Shown one piece after another: positions 17,468 through 33,842 of a DNA stretch of 64,000 bases (position 1 is its first letter; each line of letters starts with the position of its first letter). Under the pieces are notes generated by a model. The model was not told the DNA's origin and searched no databases. It worked only from the letters and a program-made list of their open reading frames with translations. Source of the stretch: the human T2T-CHM13v2.0 reference genome, Homo sapiens; NCBI RefSeq assembly GCF_009914755.1, contig NC_060932.1. One strand, given 5' to 3'. A program made the position numbers and the translations under genes.

Positions 17468-17500
17468 ATATATATATATATATATATATTTTTTTTTTTT
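17468..17500 (+). repeat. (AT)n(T)n tract in the exon 5 splice acceptor
   Basis: About 11 AT units directly followed by ~12 T, ending 13 nt before the exon. Confidence 0.9.
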
Positions 17501-17513
17501 CTATACCCAAAAG

Positions 17514-17623
17514 GTTCAGATTTTGCTTAAACTGTGGAGCAATGGTTTCAGTTTAGATGATGGAGAATTGAGACCTTACAATGAACCAACAAATGCTCAA
17601 TTTCTGGAGTCTGTTAAGAGAGG
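17514..17623 (+). CDS. UBXN2B: UBXN2B coding exon 5 (SEP domain, first part)
   Basis: Acceptor cccaaaAG|gtt; reads [36 protein letters not shown](G); donor gg|GTAAGA. 110 nt. Confidence 0.95.
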
Positions 17624-17976
17624 GTAAGATGTATTATTTGTATTCTATTTGTTATGTAGAGTGGGACTTATTTTCTTAACAGACTACTCATTATTAGTGC
17701 ACTACGGGTTTTCAAGAAGTAGTTCCTGGAATATATTAAATAAATGGTTGCTGGGGGTGTAGGTATTCTTAAGTTTATAAAGGATATACTGCTATCTGTA
17801 TGTAAGTCACTGGTTCTTAATTTTGTGGGCCAGGGGCATTGGACATTGGCCCATTTTAAAATCTGATGAAACTATGAACCCAGCTCCAAGAAGAAACATC
17901 TTAATGTGATAATCAGTGAATTAATTAGTATGTAGCTGCCCACCCACTAAGCCACTGTCCTGCTTACTGTTGACAG

Positions 17977-18034
17977 GGTGACTCTCATTGCATGTATGCC
18001 TGAAATTCAGCAACTTATGTTAGAAATCTTTTAA
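17977..18034 (+). CDS. UBXN2B: Putative alternative terminal exon of UBXN2B (truncated isoform)
   Basis: Acceptor tcctgcttactgttgacAG|g is in phase with the exon 5 donor, giving (G)VTLIACMPEIQQLMLEIF-stop. AATAAA at 18194-18199. Confidence 0.6.
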
Positions 18035-19643
18035 TGTGGCATTACTGCTGGCAGAAGATTTCAAAAGGTTAGTTTGAAGTTATAATTTGTGAAAGTAAAC
18101 TCAGATATTCAGTGCTCTCACCCATCCAAAGAACATTGTAACTTACCAGCTCTTCTTGCTAAAGGATGAGGAATCAAGTGATTTTGCTATGATAATAAAA
18201 GCTTTTCTGTGTTATGATTAAACTAGCTGAAAGTGGAGTTATTTCTAAGTAGATATGCAACTAAAGACATAAAGTTGAGCATAAACTGGGGAATTAAGTT
18301 GTAGGAAAGGATCAGAGTTTTACTGTATATAACCAGAGTTATATATACAGGGTTATACTCCATAAAGGAATAGAAGGTGGAACATTTCCAAATGTTGAAA
18401 TATGTCCAGGATGAGTGGCTGACATGGAGTGGAGGTTAAATTCGTCTTTTAGAAGACTAATTAGCATGAATTTTGAATTTAAATTATATACAGATACTGT
18501 CAGGATACCAAACAAAGGCAACAAATGCCCTAAGAAGTATGCTGAAGGCATTGGGAAAGGTGGGAAGCTGTCCTAGGAGGCAGTATATGGGGGTGGCAAA
18601 TACAGGATATAATGGTTTAAGTCAATCCTGTGGACTTGGAAACCTGCAGAATCACTGGGAAGAGCTGCGAGCAACTAGGTGGGGGAAGTTTTGATTGGCT
18701 AAGCGAAAACCAACATAACTGTAGAAATTGATACTAATTTCAAGATAGTGGAAACAAAGAACATATTGAGAATGAATGTTCTGTTATATAGATAAAAACT
18801 AATTTATTGTTAAATGAAAATAAACCACAAACTTTGTAGGCTAATGTTTAAACAAATGTGGTATATTAAAAGAATTTTAAAATTTGAGCCACACCATATC
18901 TGCAATAATGTACAAATTATGATCAATAAGAGTTTTAGAAAAGACTCTAAAGAAAATGAGTAATGTCAGGTAGTGGTTCTCAGCTATGTAAGACCCATTG
19001 TCTCCTTTTTATAAGAAATATTTTGTAAAACCATCTACACTATCCTCAAAGAAGAACTCATAGATAATATAATCTATGTACATGATTCTCCAAAAGAAAT
19101 TAATATATGTTCTACCTTAAATATATTGAAGAAATAAAGTAATTTATTATAAAATGATACATGTTTTAGTTTATAAATGCCCTGGTATGACCACACAGCA
19201 CACCTAAGAAGTAGTTAGTTTGTACCTCTGTGCAGTCTAGCACTTCCTATGTAAATGTGACAGGTATAAAAACAGAAAAATGAAGTATATGAGGTTGTCA
19301 GCTTAATTACTACAAGTAGCATTGCATTCAAGGACTTGGTAAAGGTCCAAACAAAACAAAGTACAATCTTCCCTCACTTTACATGGTCGTAAAGTGGACT
19401 TTACTTCCTGGAGATTTCAAAGTATATTAATACAATAGCCTAAAAAATGTGTTTTGCTTGTATATGAGACAGAGTTAGGTTTTAGGATCAGACAGTATTA
19501 TCCACGTGACTCCCTGGAGGGCACATGATGATTCTTTGGAACCCAAGATGAGTCTTTATCACGTAAGACAAATCTCCTGTTGCAGTGCATCTGACATCCC
19601 CTACCTCGACACTGAATGACAGCAGTGCTCACAGATCACACCA

Positions 19644-22354
<2,711 letters not shown>

Positions 22355-22751
22355 CCCAACAAGCAAAAACACCCATATCAATTTTCAGAACTTTCTCCGA
22401 GGAGTTTATTAATAAATATCCACATTACCTTTTTATCCTCATAGGAATTTTCTAGTGCTGATTTACATATAAATTGCTGTCTTAAAATTTAACTTTCTAA
22501 ATACCAGAAGCTCTCCAAGATAATTGTGACAACCAAAGCATCCCTATGTTGAGAACCAGTAAGGAGTAATGTGAAGTGACTTTAAAAAAGATCTACAAGG
22601 ACTGATCAGTCATTATGGAAATTTTTGTGTTATAATTTAAGCAAAAAATTCTGTTTTCCAGTGTAGCTCATGAAATAATTACAGTAATCTCAACAGTGTA
22701 GTTTAATTCTTGGAAAACTTAATGATAACTTTTTTCCCCCCTTTTTAAAAG

Positions 22752-22889
22752 AGAGATTCCCCTGGAGCTTCAGCGCCTTGTTCATGGTGGCCAAGTGAAT
22801 TTGGATATGGAGGATCATCAGGATCAAGAATACATAAAACCTAGATTGAGGTTCAAGGCTTTTAGTGGAGAAGGGCAAAAACTTGGAAG
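22752..22889 (+). CDS. UBXN2B: UBXN2B coding exon 6 (end of SEP domain, SHP box)
   Basis: Acceptor after a polypyrimidine tract, aaaAG|a; reads [45 protein letters not shown](S); donor ag|GTAAAA. 138 nt. Confidence 0.95.
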
Positions 22890-23109
22890 GTAAAAATCCT
22901 AAAATGAGAAAAATACCTTTGTTGAACATGAATTTTTCTTTGAGAATAAGAAAAGCAAAATGACCTATGAAGTAAAAAACAAAAATATGAACCATGCACA
23001 TTAGATATATACATCTGTTAATATTATATCATAATATTATATCATGTGATACCATTATATCATAATATTAATTGTGATATTAATAATACTGTAATTAATA
23101 CTTAGATTG

Positions 23110-23325
23110 CAGTTACCATGTTTGTGGCCCTCTAAGCCGTATACATGTGTTATCTCACTTAATCTTTACAACAGCTCTTTGATGTAGATACTGTTATTAC
23201 TTCATTTTGCAGATGCAGTAATTTGCCCAAGATTGTTGAGCTAAGAAATGACTAGCATGTGGGATTCAAACCCAGGCACTCTGACTACAGAGTTTGTGCT
23301 TTTCACCACTATATTATATGCCTCT
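23110..23325 (-). mobile_element. MIR
   Basis: MIR core (tctcacttaatctttacaac, cattttgcagatg, gggattcaaacccagg). Confidence 0.7.
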
Positions 23326-24107
23326 TTCAGATTACCTGGTTTCAAAGGAGAGAATTGTAAAGGGTTGTCGATGAGATAAAATAATGGATACCTTACATCA
23401 CAACTTAAGCATGCATGTCTGCCATCAGTAATGACCAAACTCTTGCAGCAGGAGCAATGTGCTTAGCTTTGTGATTTTCAATAGTTTTTAAACAGCCAAA
23501 CCCTTTTTTCAAGTCATGGAAGTGCAATATGTAAAACCTGAGCTCCTCTGATTGTCGGTGAAAGAAGGCATTGTATCTGAGACATTTCCAAAGAACCTTA
23601 GGACTTTGAAGAGCACAATTTAAAAACCAACGCACATGGCAGAATGTATGAGTGGTTTCCTTTATAATACCCATGGCTTAATGTAATCTTAGAAATTTAA
23701 AATATGTTGGTAAAAGTTACCCTCTACTCGTCCACATATTGTTGCAGGTGATATGGAATTGCCACATTGGCAATGTTTCCAGTGTATTCTTTGGTGCATC
23801 CTTTGCTTCTCTTCATGTGATTCCTTCCCTTCCAAGCCCCCTTCAGTTGCCTCGTGTACACTGGTTGTCTATTCTCCCCTTATTTTTCAAGATAGGAAAA
23901 AATTCAATATTGCTTCTTTATGCTTTGCTATCTCTAGTCTCCCTTTCTGTATTCTCTTCTCCTGATAGAGACTGGCACTGGGGACATAAAGGAAATACAG
24001 GAATTTATGTTGACCTGTTTTTCTTAGGACACAAACTCTTTAATTTTAGGTCACAGGTTTACTTGGAAATTTTCTCCCTCGTCTCTCTTTACACGTCAGG
24101 CTTCTCT

Positions 24108-24412
24108 TTCTTTCTCTTTTTTTTTTTTTGAGATGGGGTCTTGCTCTGTTGCCCAGACTGGAGTACAGTGGTGTAGTCATAGTTCACTGCAGCCTTGACC
24201 TCCTGGGCTCAGGCAAGCTTCCTACCCCACTCTCCTGACTGGGACTATAGGCACTGCCGAGCGCAGCTCATTTTTTTTCATTTTTAGGTTTTGTAGAGAC
24301 ACGTGTCTTACTATGTTGCCCAGGCTGGTCTTGAATTCCTGGCCTCAAGCTGTTCTTCTGCCTTGGCCTGCCAAAGTGCCTGGGTTACAGGCATGAGCCA
24401 CTATGCCTGGCC
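24108..24412 (-). mobile_element. AluJ
   Basis: Diverged Alu; TSD AGGCTTCTCT at 24098-24107 and 24413-24422. Confidence 0.9.
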
Positions 24413-24467
24413 AGGCTTCTCTCAAATTGTATAATATTATGTTTTTACTCCTCTTGTTGTGATCAAC

Positions 24468-24535
24468 ATATATATATATATATATATGTATGTGTATATA
24501 TATGTATGTATGTGTATATATAGTATGTATGTATG
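24468..24535. repeat. (TA)n/(TATG)n compound microsatellite
   Basis: Seen directly in the sequence. Confidence 0.9.
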
Positions 24536-26607
24536 TTCTTAATTTTGTATCACTTCCCATTTTTACTTAATATTTATTGAGATTACGATTTTTAATTAGA
24601 ATGCAGATAAAATGCCTAGTCATCTCTTCAATATATACATATTCCTTCTCTATTATTTAAATGTATGACCAAGAATTAATGTTGGACCGCACATCCTTGT
24701 TAGTAGACCTACAGTAAATCTAGACTTGGAATTGAAGAAGGTAGCATAAAGGGAAGGCAGCTAAGAAGAGCCAGTGATTATTAAACTCATGAAAATAACG
24801 ATATTATCTGATGATAGTATTCACAAAGGCCAGTCATTTTCCTTATAAGGCAAATAGAGAAAATAACAGAAAAGAAAGGAGAAACTGATGGAAGAAAGTG
24901 ACAGAGATCAGTGGTAATAATGCCATGTTAATTTACTAGCCATATTGATCAAGATTTTGATTATGGAAAACAGAATCTACTTGCTGGTAGTAATAGGTTT
25001 CTTACAGGATCTTGTGTAGTTTATAGAATATCTGGAAGAGGCAAGCAAACCAAGCTTTCCTTAGCCAGGAGAAACAAACACAGTGGAAGAGTGTTCCAGA
25101 GAAAACAACTATGTCCCCTAGTCAGGTGCTTGGTGCCCATGAAACTAGGGACTAGATACTAGAACATTCCATCATCGAAGAAATAAATGCCTCCACCACC
25201 TTAGTAACCACAAGAGCTACAGAGTTTCCACTTTGCAGTGCTTACTTCCACCAAACAAGTGTATGTTTGTTTGGTGGAAGGGTAGAATCATGAAATCCTA
25301 GCTGCAAGAGAGTCTGGGAGATGGAGTCTTTAGAATTTTCAGCTTCTAGTAGAAGGAGATAGCATGATGATGTGAGCCTATGTGTTCACAAACCCAAATG
25401 TTGAATAAGCAAATATCATATATTCTAAAGTGAAGAATTACATAGAACATTTTATATTAAAGATTTACATTAAGAAATATATTAAAAGTTTAATAGTTAA
25501 CCTTCATTTAGAAAGTAACTTTCTAAAATGGCTTGGTTCTCAAGAGTTCAAGACAATTATTTACTGAGCAGGAAATAAAAAGAAGCAAGTAAAACAGAAA
25601 TGAAAATAATCTATTGTCTTCCATAGATGGCAGTCTAATTACACACAGAATGTTACATAGATGGGAACTAAATCTTTTCATGTGATATACAATTATGGTG
25701 CAAACCAAAATGCTGTAAAAATGTTACATAGTACCCTCACATAATAGAAGAAAGCAAACCATAGATATAAAACTGCAAATTTGCAATGGTAGAACAAACT
25801 GTATTATTGAGTAAAAATTAGCTTGGTGAGCTAGAGTAGTGCCTAACAAAATCACAGAGTCATTTTTAATAGGGAGGACTAGCGAGTAGGCATTCTTGGT
25901 AGGCTTTTGAGCTGGCGTGTATAATGATAAAAATCATGATTTGAAGCTGATGTTTCTGCAGAAGAACAGTCACTGCCTGTTTGTCCTACTGTTCTCTTCA
26001 AAAGATTGTGCTTGCCACTCTCACTTACCTGAGATTTGACTTCATCTGGGGCCCTAGACCCTGAGGGCTGTCTTCTCTAAAACTTCAAAGCCTTACTTTA
26101 TCTCAGCTCCTCAACAGCTGTGAGCTGACTGAAGCCTGACTGGGTTGTCAGCCCTGTGTGACTCAGTACTTCTGGGGACAGCCTCAGCTGTGCTGAGCAG
26201 GCAGTGCTGTGCCTCGCCAGTCTCACAGGCCTGAGCTGCTTTCCTAAACCCCCTCCTCGACCCCTGCCCCTCACTCTCAGCAAATTTCTTTGCTTCCAGC
26301 TTCATTGAGAAAATAGAACCTGACGGGAATTCACATTCTTATTATGTTTCCCTCCAGCCTTCAAGCTGGTCATTTCCATCCTCCTCTCCCTCCATAAGTT
26401 TGAAGAAGAGGGTGTTTCTCCTGTCTCTGAGGGAATTACAACCTACATCCTTTCCTGCCATTTGCCTACAAACCTTGTTGTACCAATTAATTTCTCTTTT
26501 CTTTCTTAAAAAATTTTCTTTTTAATGTAAAAGTTTTACTATGGCTTGATCAATTGAATGATAGGGAGAAAGTTTTAAATAGCAAACAGATGTGATTTTG
26601 ACAGCTA

Positions 26608-26967
<360 letters not shown>

Positions 26968-29025
26968 TTAGGCTGGTTTTTTAATACCACACTACCAGCT
27001 TGTCCAGCTATCTGTCTGTGTGGTTCTGAGCATGTCTTTTAGTCTCTCTGTGACTCGGTTTCTTTTAGATAAAATGATATGGTTGGCCTAAATTATGTTG
27101 GAAGTCCATCCATTCCAGTTCTCAAATGTTATTATTCCATATACAATAGTTTCATTGTGACATACACACATTTTCTTACCTAGCTTCCCCATCCTCCATT
27201 TTCTGTTTTGAGAAAAAGCATACCTGGTCAGAATCTGCCTTAAAACAGAAAGCAGTAGATTACAAAAATAATAGGGAGGCAACTTGGTGTGTAGAAAGAG
27301 CCCAATATAAACCTCAGCTCTCTCACTTACCAATAGGAATATTGGGGGTAACTTTTTTTTTCCAGAGTTGTTGTTAGGATAATTATAATGCTAATAGCCA
27401 ACTTTTAGTAGTGCCAACTATATAAAAGCACCATTTGAAGTGCTTATGTGTCCTAATTAATTTAATCTTTACAGCACTGCTGCTGTTGGCTCTCAGGCAC
27501 AATAAGGGTAAGTGACTTGCCTGGTGTTACAGAATAAGTGCAGAGTTGGGATTGAAACCAGGTAATCCAGCTCTGAGAACCATGCTGTTAACACTGCTTC
27601 CCAGGCTGATGTAAATGAAATAATGCATGTGGCAGAGGTGGTAATGGTGGTAGTGACGATGATAATGTGTATACCTGGTTATCAGTGAGGCGGAGGTAAA
27701 GAGGACCTTTGCATTCAGTGTCTCATGTCTTTTCTCTTGGATTTTCATCCCCCTCCCTTGTGTAAGGAACGCTGGACTCTTGGCACAGTAAACCAGATTG
27801 GCAGTGCAATTACTTAGGCCCTCAATTCCAAATTAAAAAGAAATTCCTTAATATCTGATCATTTATTGTAAGTCATAATTTTAACCTTATGTATATTTTT
27901 ATGTATCCTCAAATCAGTTCTAAAATTAGCATCAGGAAATAGCTAAAGAAAGAGAAAGTGTCAGCAGTTAGTACCAGGTAATTTTATCACTTTACTGTGT
28001 ACTCTGAGAGAGAAGCTTTTTGAATGGAAGTAAGAGTCATGATGATTTAGATTGGACTAAAGCCCAAATGCTCATAGAACTTTTATACTAGTAATATGTA
28101 GATACATGCGTGTCTTTCTTCCAGAAGAAAATAATCTATAGGAAACCATCTAAATCTCAGAGTTCAAGAGAAAAAACTTCAAGACTATCAAAAATTCCTT
28201 AAGATGACTGAGAAAATTGAGCTAAATTTATTTGAATTATTTAACCAAAAGAGCACTCCTCTATTTTTGACATTCACTTTTGGCATATACTGGCTGATCA
28301 TCCTGCTAGTGTTAGAAGGGGCTAAGACAGCAATGCCAGGGTCACTAGTAACCAAGTTCTAATGGTAAGATATTCTATCAAGCTTCATTATGAATTTATT
28401 GTCATGTAATAACATTTTATTCCTCAATGGTACTTAGAAGTTATTTCTCTTTTGCAAAGCAGTGCTTGAATCAGATGTGTTTAAATGATATTAACCAAGT
28501 CCAAATTAAATGAATTTAGTGCTGATAATATGTTCACAATAGCTGGCACCCGTTGAAACACTGTGTTCTAGGCACAATATTAAGGACTTACTGGTATAAT
28601 ATACCTTCATAACATAGTATTATTCCCTCACTTTATAAATGATAGAACTGGGATTCAAAATGATTGATGTACTTACTCAACTTTACACAGTTGACATGGC
28701 TGGGATGTGAAACCATGTCTGTCTGTGCTCTTAATGATTCTTTGACCCTAACTCAGAGTTGCTCGTATTTCTAAATAAAACTGGTTTGCTAAACAGTGAT
28801 GAAGTTGCAAACAGTTAAATGAGGAAAGGATGCAAAGTTAGGCTTTTATGAGAGATTAGATAAACCAAATAAGAATCGTAGGATCCAAAATAACTTTAAT
28901 ATAATGAAAGAGGTTGAAAGAAGTATAGGAGACTCAAATGAAGCCATGTTCTAAGTGTTTATCGCTGTCTTCAGTTTGTCATATATTTTACACATTCAGA
29001 TTTGTGTTTAATTCCTCTTTTTTAG

Positions 29026-29187
29026 CCTTACACCTGAAATAGTCAGTACACCTTCCTCTCCAGAAGAGGAGGATAAATCAATACTTAATGCAGTTGTTCT
29101 TATTGATGATTCAGTGCCAACAACAAAAATTCAAATCAGGTTAGCAGATGGGAGTCGTTTGATACAAAGATTCAATAGTACACACAG
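29026..29187 (+). CDS. UBXN2B: UBXN2B coding exon 7 (start of UBX domain)
   Basis: Acceptor cttttttAG|c; reads [53 protein letters not shown](R); donor ag|GTAAGC. 162 nt. Confidence 0.95.
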
Positions 29188-29896
29188 GTAAGCTTCTTTA
29201 CCAACAGTGTCCTGTTTGCTGTTATATACACTGGATTGCTTATCTAAGTAGAACTGTATGTGACTTGAGTAATGAAGAATATGATATTCTTTAGGTTTAC
29301 TTTTGAAGTAAGTTTTTGACAGAAGAAACATTTTTAAAAGGACAATAGCTGTGTTTAAGAAATGAAATATGTGGTATTTAAACAGTCTCTATAAACTATC
29401 CAAATACTAATGTGATCTCAGATATCACACAAAAATAAATTAAGAACTATAGTTTTACGTTGTTACTAAAACTATATGAAGTCGAATCAGATTTAATTTA
29501 ACATAGTAAAACCTTTTGGGGACTTTATTCATTTAAAAATTTGTGATAATTTTGATTGGGATTAATTTTCTGTATAGCAAATACTTCATAATATAAATGT
29601 GTATTGTAAATCAAGTTTAATTGTACTTTTGTCAAGAACTTCAGATAGTTTTAAATGTTTCTTTAATATTGACTTGTACATCAACATTTGATTTGTCCAT
29701 TGAAGTAAGACCCTAATAGATATATTTATGATTTTGGTTGAATTACTATGTTTATGTGAGAGTAATTTTTTAAAATTATTCCTATGATAGCACATTTCAT
29801 AGTTTTAGACTCACCTTGCCACAGGCCAATCATAGTTACCTTTTTCTGGGTCATATGCTGCTAACACATTTTATACTCCGAAAAAAGTACAACCTG

Positions 29897-29898
<2 letters not shown>

Positions 29899-29950
<52 letters not shown>

Positions 29951-30232
29951 AGACAGAGTCTTACTCTGTCTCCCAGGCTGGAGTGCAGTGGCGGAATCTC
30001 AGCCCACTACAAACTCCGCCTTCCAGATTCAAGCAATTCTCATGCTCAGCCTCTTGAGTAGCTGGGATTACAGACAGCCACCACCATGCCCAGCTAATTT
30101 TTTCTGGTTTTAGTAGAGACGGGGTTTTCACCGTGTTAGCCAGGCTAATCTTGAACTCCTGGCCTCAAGTGATCTGCCCACCTCTGCCTCCCAAAGTGCT
30201 GGAATTACAGGCGTAAGCCACCGTGCCCAGCT
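29899..30232 (-). mobile_element. AluS with a ~50 nt pure poly(A) tail
   Basis: T-run 29899-29949 followed by the Alu body; TSD acctgca(t/c)ttt. Confidence 0.93.
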
Positions 30233-30522
30233 GGACCTGCACTTTTAAAATAACAACATTAGTACACTTACTTTATTCATAACTTACCTGAAGATTGTTT
30301 CCATTTTACAGGAAAAGTAAATGTTAAGTACACACTAAAGTTACTTTACATTTTAACTGAAGCCTAAGATAAATCCTTCAATTGAAATACTATATATTAA
30401 AGAAAGTTACAACACCTTTATATAAAGATTAAAATTTTGTGATTTTTATTATGATTCAGTTTTAAGTTTACATGAAAATATGATTTTTTATATTACAAAT
30501 TATTTTTGTCTTATTTCTTCAG

Positions 30523-30685
30523 GATCCTGGATGTCCGGAACTTTATTGTACAGTCTCGTCCTGAATTTGCGGCTCTTGACTTTATTCTTGTGACTTCATT
30601 TCCGAATAAAGAGCTAACAGATGAAAGCCTGACACTGCTAGAAGCAGATATTCTTAACACTGTGTTACTCCAGCAACTAAAATAA
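30523..30685 (+). CDS. UBXN2B: UBXN2B last coding exon (UBX domain to stop)
   Basis: Acceptor tttcttcAG|g; reads [56 protein letters not shown], with the UBX FP loop. Stop at 30683-30685. Confidence 0.95.
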
Positions 30686-31280
30686 TATTGTTCCTGTCCA
30701 TGCAGTAGCATGTGGGAATAGATGATGTGCCGTATTAATAAGGACAATACTTCAGCATTAAAAACAGCCAAATTATTTTTATTATTTTTACAGATAAATT
30801 TTGGTTTTATTGTTATTCTGTCTTCCAATCTGAATATAGACAAATTTGGATTAGGAATAGACCTTGAGATAAGTATGTTTGAGTTTTTAGTTGAAGGACT
30901 GGCTTATGTTGATAGTTTTTGGATTTCTAGGCAAATGAGTTGTTACATGCTTAGTGTTAATGTAACAACATTTGTTTGCAGAGAAAAATGAACAAAACCC
31001 CTTTTTGATAAATGCATTTGGTAAAATTTGCACTAAAGTTTCTTGATGCAGCATTGACCAACAGCCATTAAGAAATCTTTTGATCAAATAAGTTGAAAAT
31101 TTGTCTATAATATATACTGAAACGTGTCTTTTGATTTTGAAATTGTTTGATCATACAATAATTATTTCTCCTATTAAGATTTTACACATCCTTTTTACTT
31201 ACTGATTTAGATATATTACTAGTATCAGAAACTACAGTTTTGCCTTGTATTTTACAGAATTATGACTGTTGTGAACTTAA

Positions 31281-31665
<385 letters not shown>

Positions 31666-31936
31666 TAATTACAGTTCCTCCCAGAGCTTGCGTTGATCAC
31701 ATTCATTTATTCATTCAACACATTTTTCTAGGAAACTCACTGTATACACTAAACACTATTCTGTGTGCTCAACCTAGAATGTCTTCTCCAGAACAAGACT
31801 AGTGTAGAAATACAGGAATGTAAATTCTGTCAGACGGACTAGATCTAAAGAATTACCAGCATAAATGTTTGCATTTCTGCTGAAGCCAGAAGCTTTTCCT
31901 TCTTCCTAGACACCATTTCATCCTTAATTATTACTT

Positions 31937-33842
31937 CTGGTTAGTTTTCCATTGCCACCATAACAAGTTACAAAATGTGGCTTAAAATAGCACAAATTTA
32001 TTATCTTCACAATTCTGTAGGTTAGGAGTCCAGGTTAAGAGTTTCGCGGTGCCAAGATCAATTTGTTGGCAGGGTTGCATTCTGTTAGGAGGCTCTACAG
32101 GAGAATCATTTCCTTGTCATTCCACCTTCTACAGGACATCCTCATTCCTTGGCTTGTGACCTCCTTCTTCCATCTTAAAAACCAGTGCTGTTTCATCTCT
32201 ATGACCCTTCTGTTACCACATCTCTCTGACACCAGTGTGGAGAGGTTCTCTGCAGGACTCATGATTAAATGAGGCCCACCGGATATCCAATCTAGGCTTA
32301 TCTCCTTGTCTTGAAATCCATAGTAACCTTAATTACATCTGCAAAATCTCTTTTACCATCTAAGGTTACATACAGGTTTGGAGATTAGGACATTAACATT
32401 TTACATGGAACATTATTCTTGCCTACTACAGTTCCCACCCACCCCCCGCTCCACTCCTGTGTTAAAGATTCAGATTCATCACAAATAAATTTACATCACT
32501 CATAGGTGCTCAAAAGTCACAATCCATTATTACAGCATCAACTCTAAATCCAAAATCTTATCTGAGTCTCACCAACTCAAAAGTCTCAAATCTCACATTG
32601 AAGCCATCTAAATTAAGTTTGGGAGAGGATCTGTGTGTGATTTCTGGGACATAATTCCAACTGTGCACTTGTGAACCTAGAAAACAAGTTATCTGTTCCC
32701 AAGTATGATGGCATGACAGGCAGACAATAATAGTTACACACGTTCCTGTTCAAAAAGCAGAAACAGATGGAAAAAGGAGCCATCAGCACCAATCAATTTA
32801 CAAAACCAGCGAGGCACCCTTCTTTAAGTTTCAAGGCCTGGGAGTAATCTTCAGCTCACTGCTGTTCTCTGGGCTTGTTGACTGTCTCAGAGTCATCTTT
32901 ACTTTTTCACAAAAGGTAGCACACGTTTGCAGCTGAGTATCAACTTATCAGTTTGTTCTTCTTTTATATTCTCTAAAGCTTTCTGTTAAAAATGGTGGTG
33001 CTTCTGCTGCTATAACGTTGTCAAGAAACTTGTGGGTCTTTTACATATGTCACAGGGATGCACTCATTTAGATAGGAGGCTCCTCACGTATCTTTCCTGG
33101 AAAATCCTGTCTCTGTTTTTGGCTTTTTCTGAAATAGCTGAGAGGATCTATGATTCACACCCTTAATATCTTCAAAGAGTCTTGTGTGTGACCTGATATT
33201 CAGACCTTTTGATGTTTCTGAAGTATTAGCAAAAGGTTATACAGCCATATCTTCATCACTTTCTCTAGAGTAAAGGCTGTCCTGACGGTGAATCTTAGTT
33301 TTAGTGGCTTTTGCCATTTGAATAGGCCGCGAATTTCCCAAATCATCAAGTCCTGGTTTCTTTATATTTAACAGGTCTTCCCTCAATCTACCTCTTTCCA
33401 CATTTTACTATAATCAGCAAGAAGACAGCAGGCTGTACCTTCCACAGCTTGCTTGGAAATATCCTCAGCTAAATATTGAAGTCATCACTTAAAAGTTCTG
33501 CTTTACACATAACGGCAGGACACAACTCAGCTTAGCTTTTCGCCACTATGTAACAAGGACTCCTTTCCTCCACTTCTCCAGTAACATATTCCTCATTTTT
33601 TACCAACAGTCTATTCATGATGATTTAGATATTCTATGGCAATCGAGGTATTCTCTATTATGCTCCTTTCTTCAAGGCCGCCCTAGCATTAACATTCCAT
33701 ATTTCTACTAACAGTCTGTTTAAGGCAGTTTAGCTTCTTTTCTGGCATGCTCCTCAGAATTCTTCCAGCCTCCACCTACTGCCCAATTCCAGAGCCACTT
33801 TTCTACTTTTAGGTATTTGTTACAGCAGCACCTCAAGTACCT
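31937..33842 (-). mobile_element. MLT1 (MLT1D-like) LTR plus internal sequence in the UBXN2B 3'UTR
   Basis: LTR ~31937-32430 (ttagttttccattgcc...ggcttaaaatagcacaaatttattatc...ctgcctactaca), followed by MaLR internal-like sequence to ~33840. Confidence 0.7.

Noticed and set aside
30511-30843. 110-aa minus-strand ORF over the last UBXN2B exon
   Set aside because: Antisense shadow of the real coding exon.
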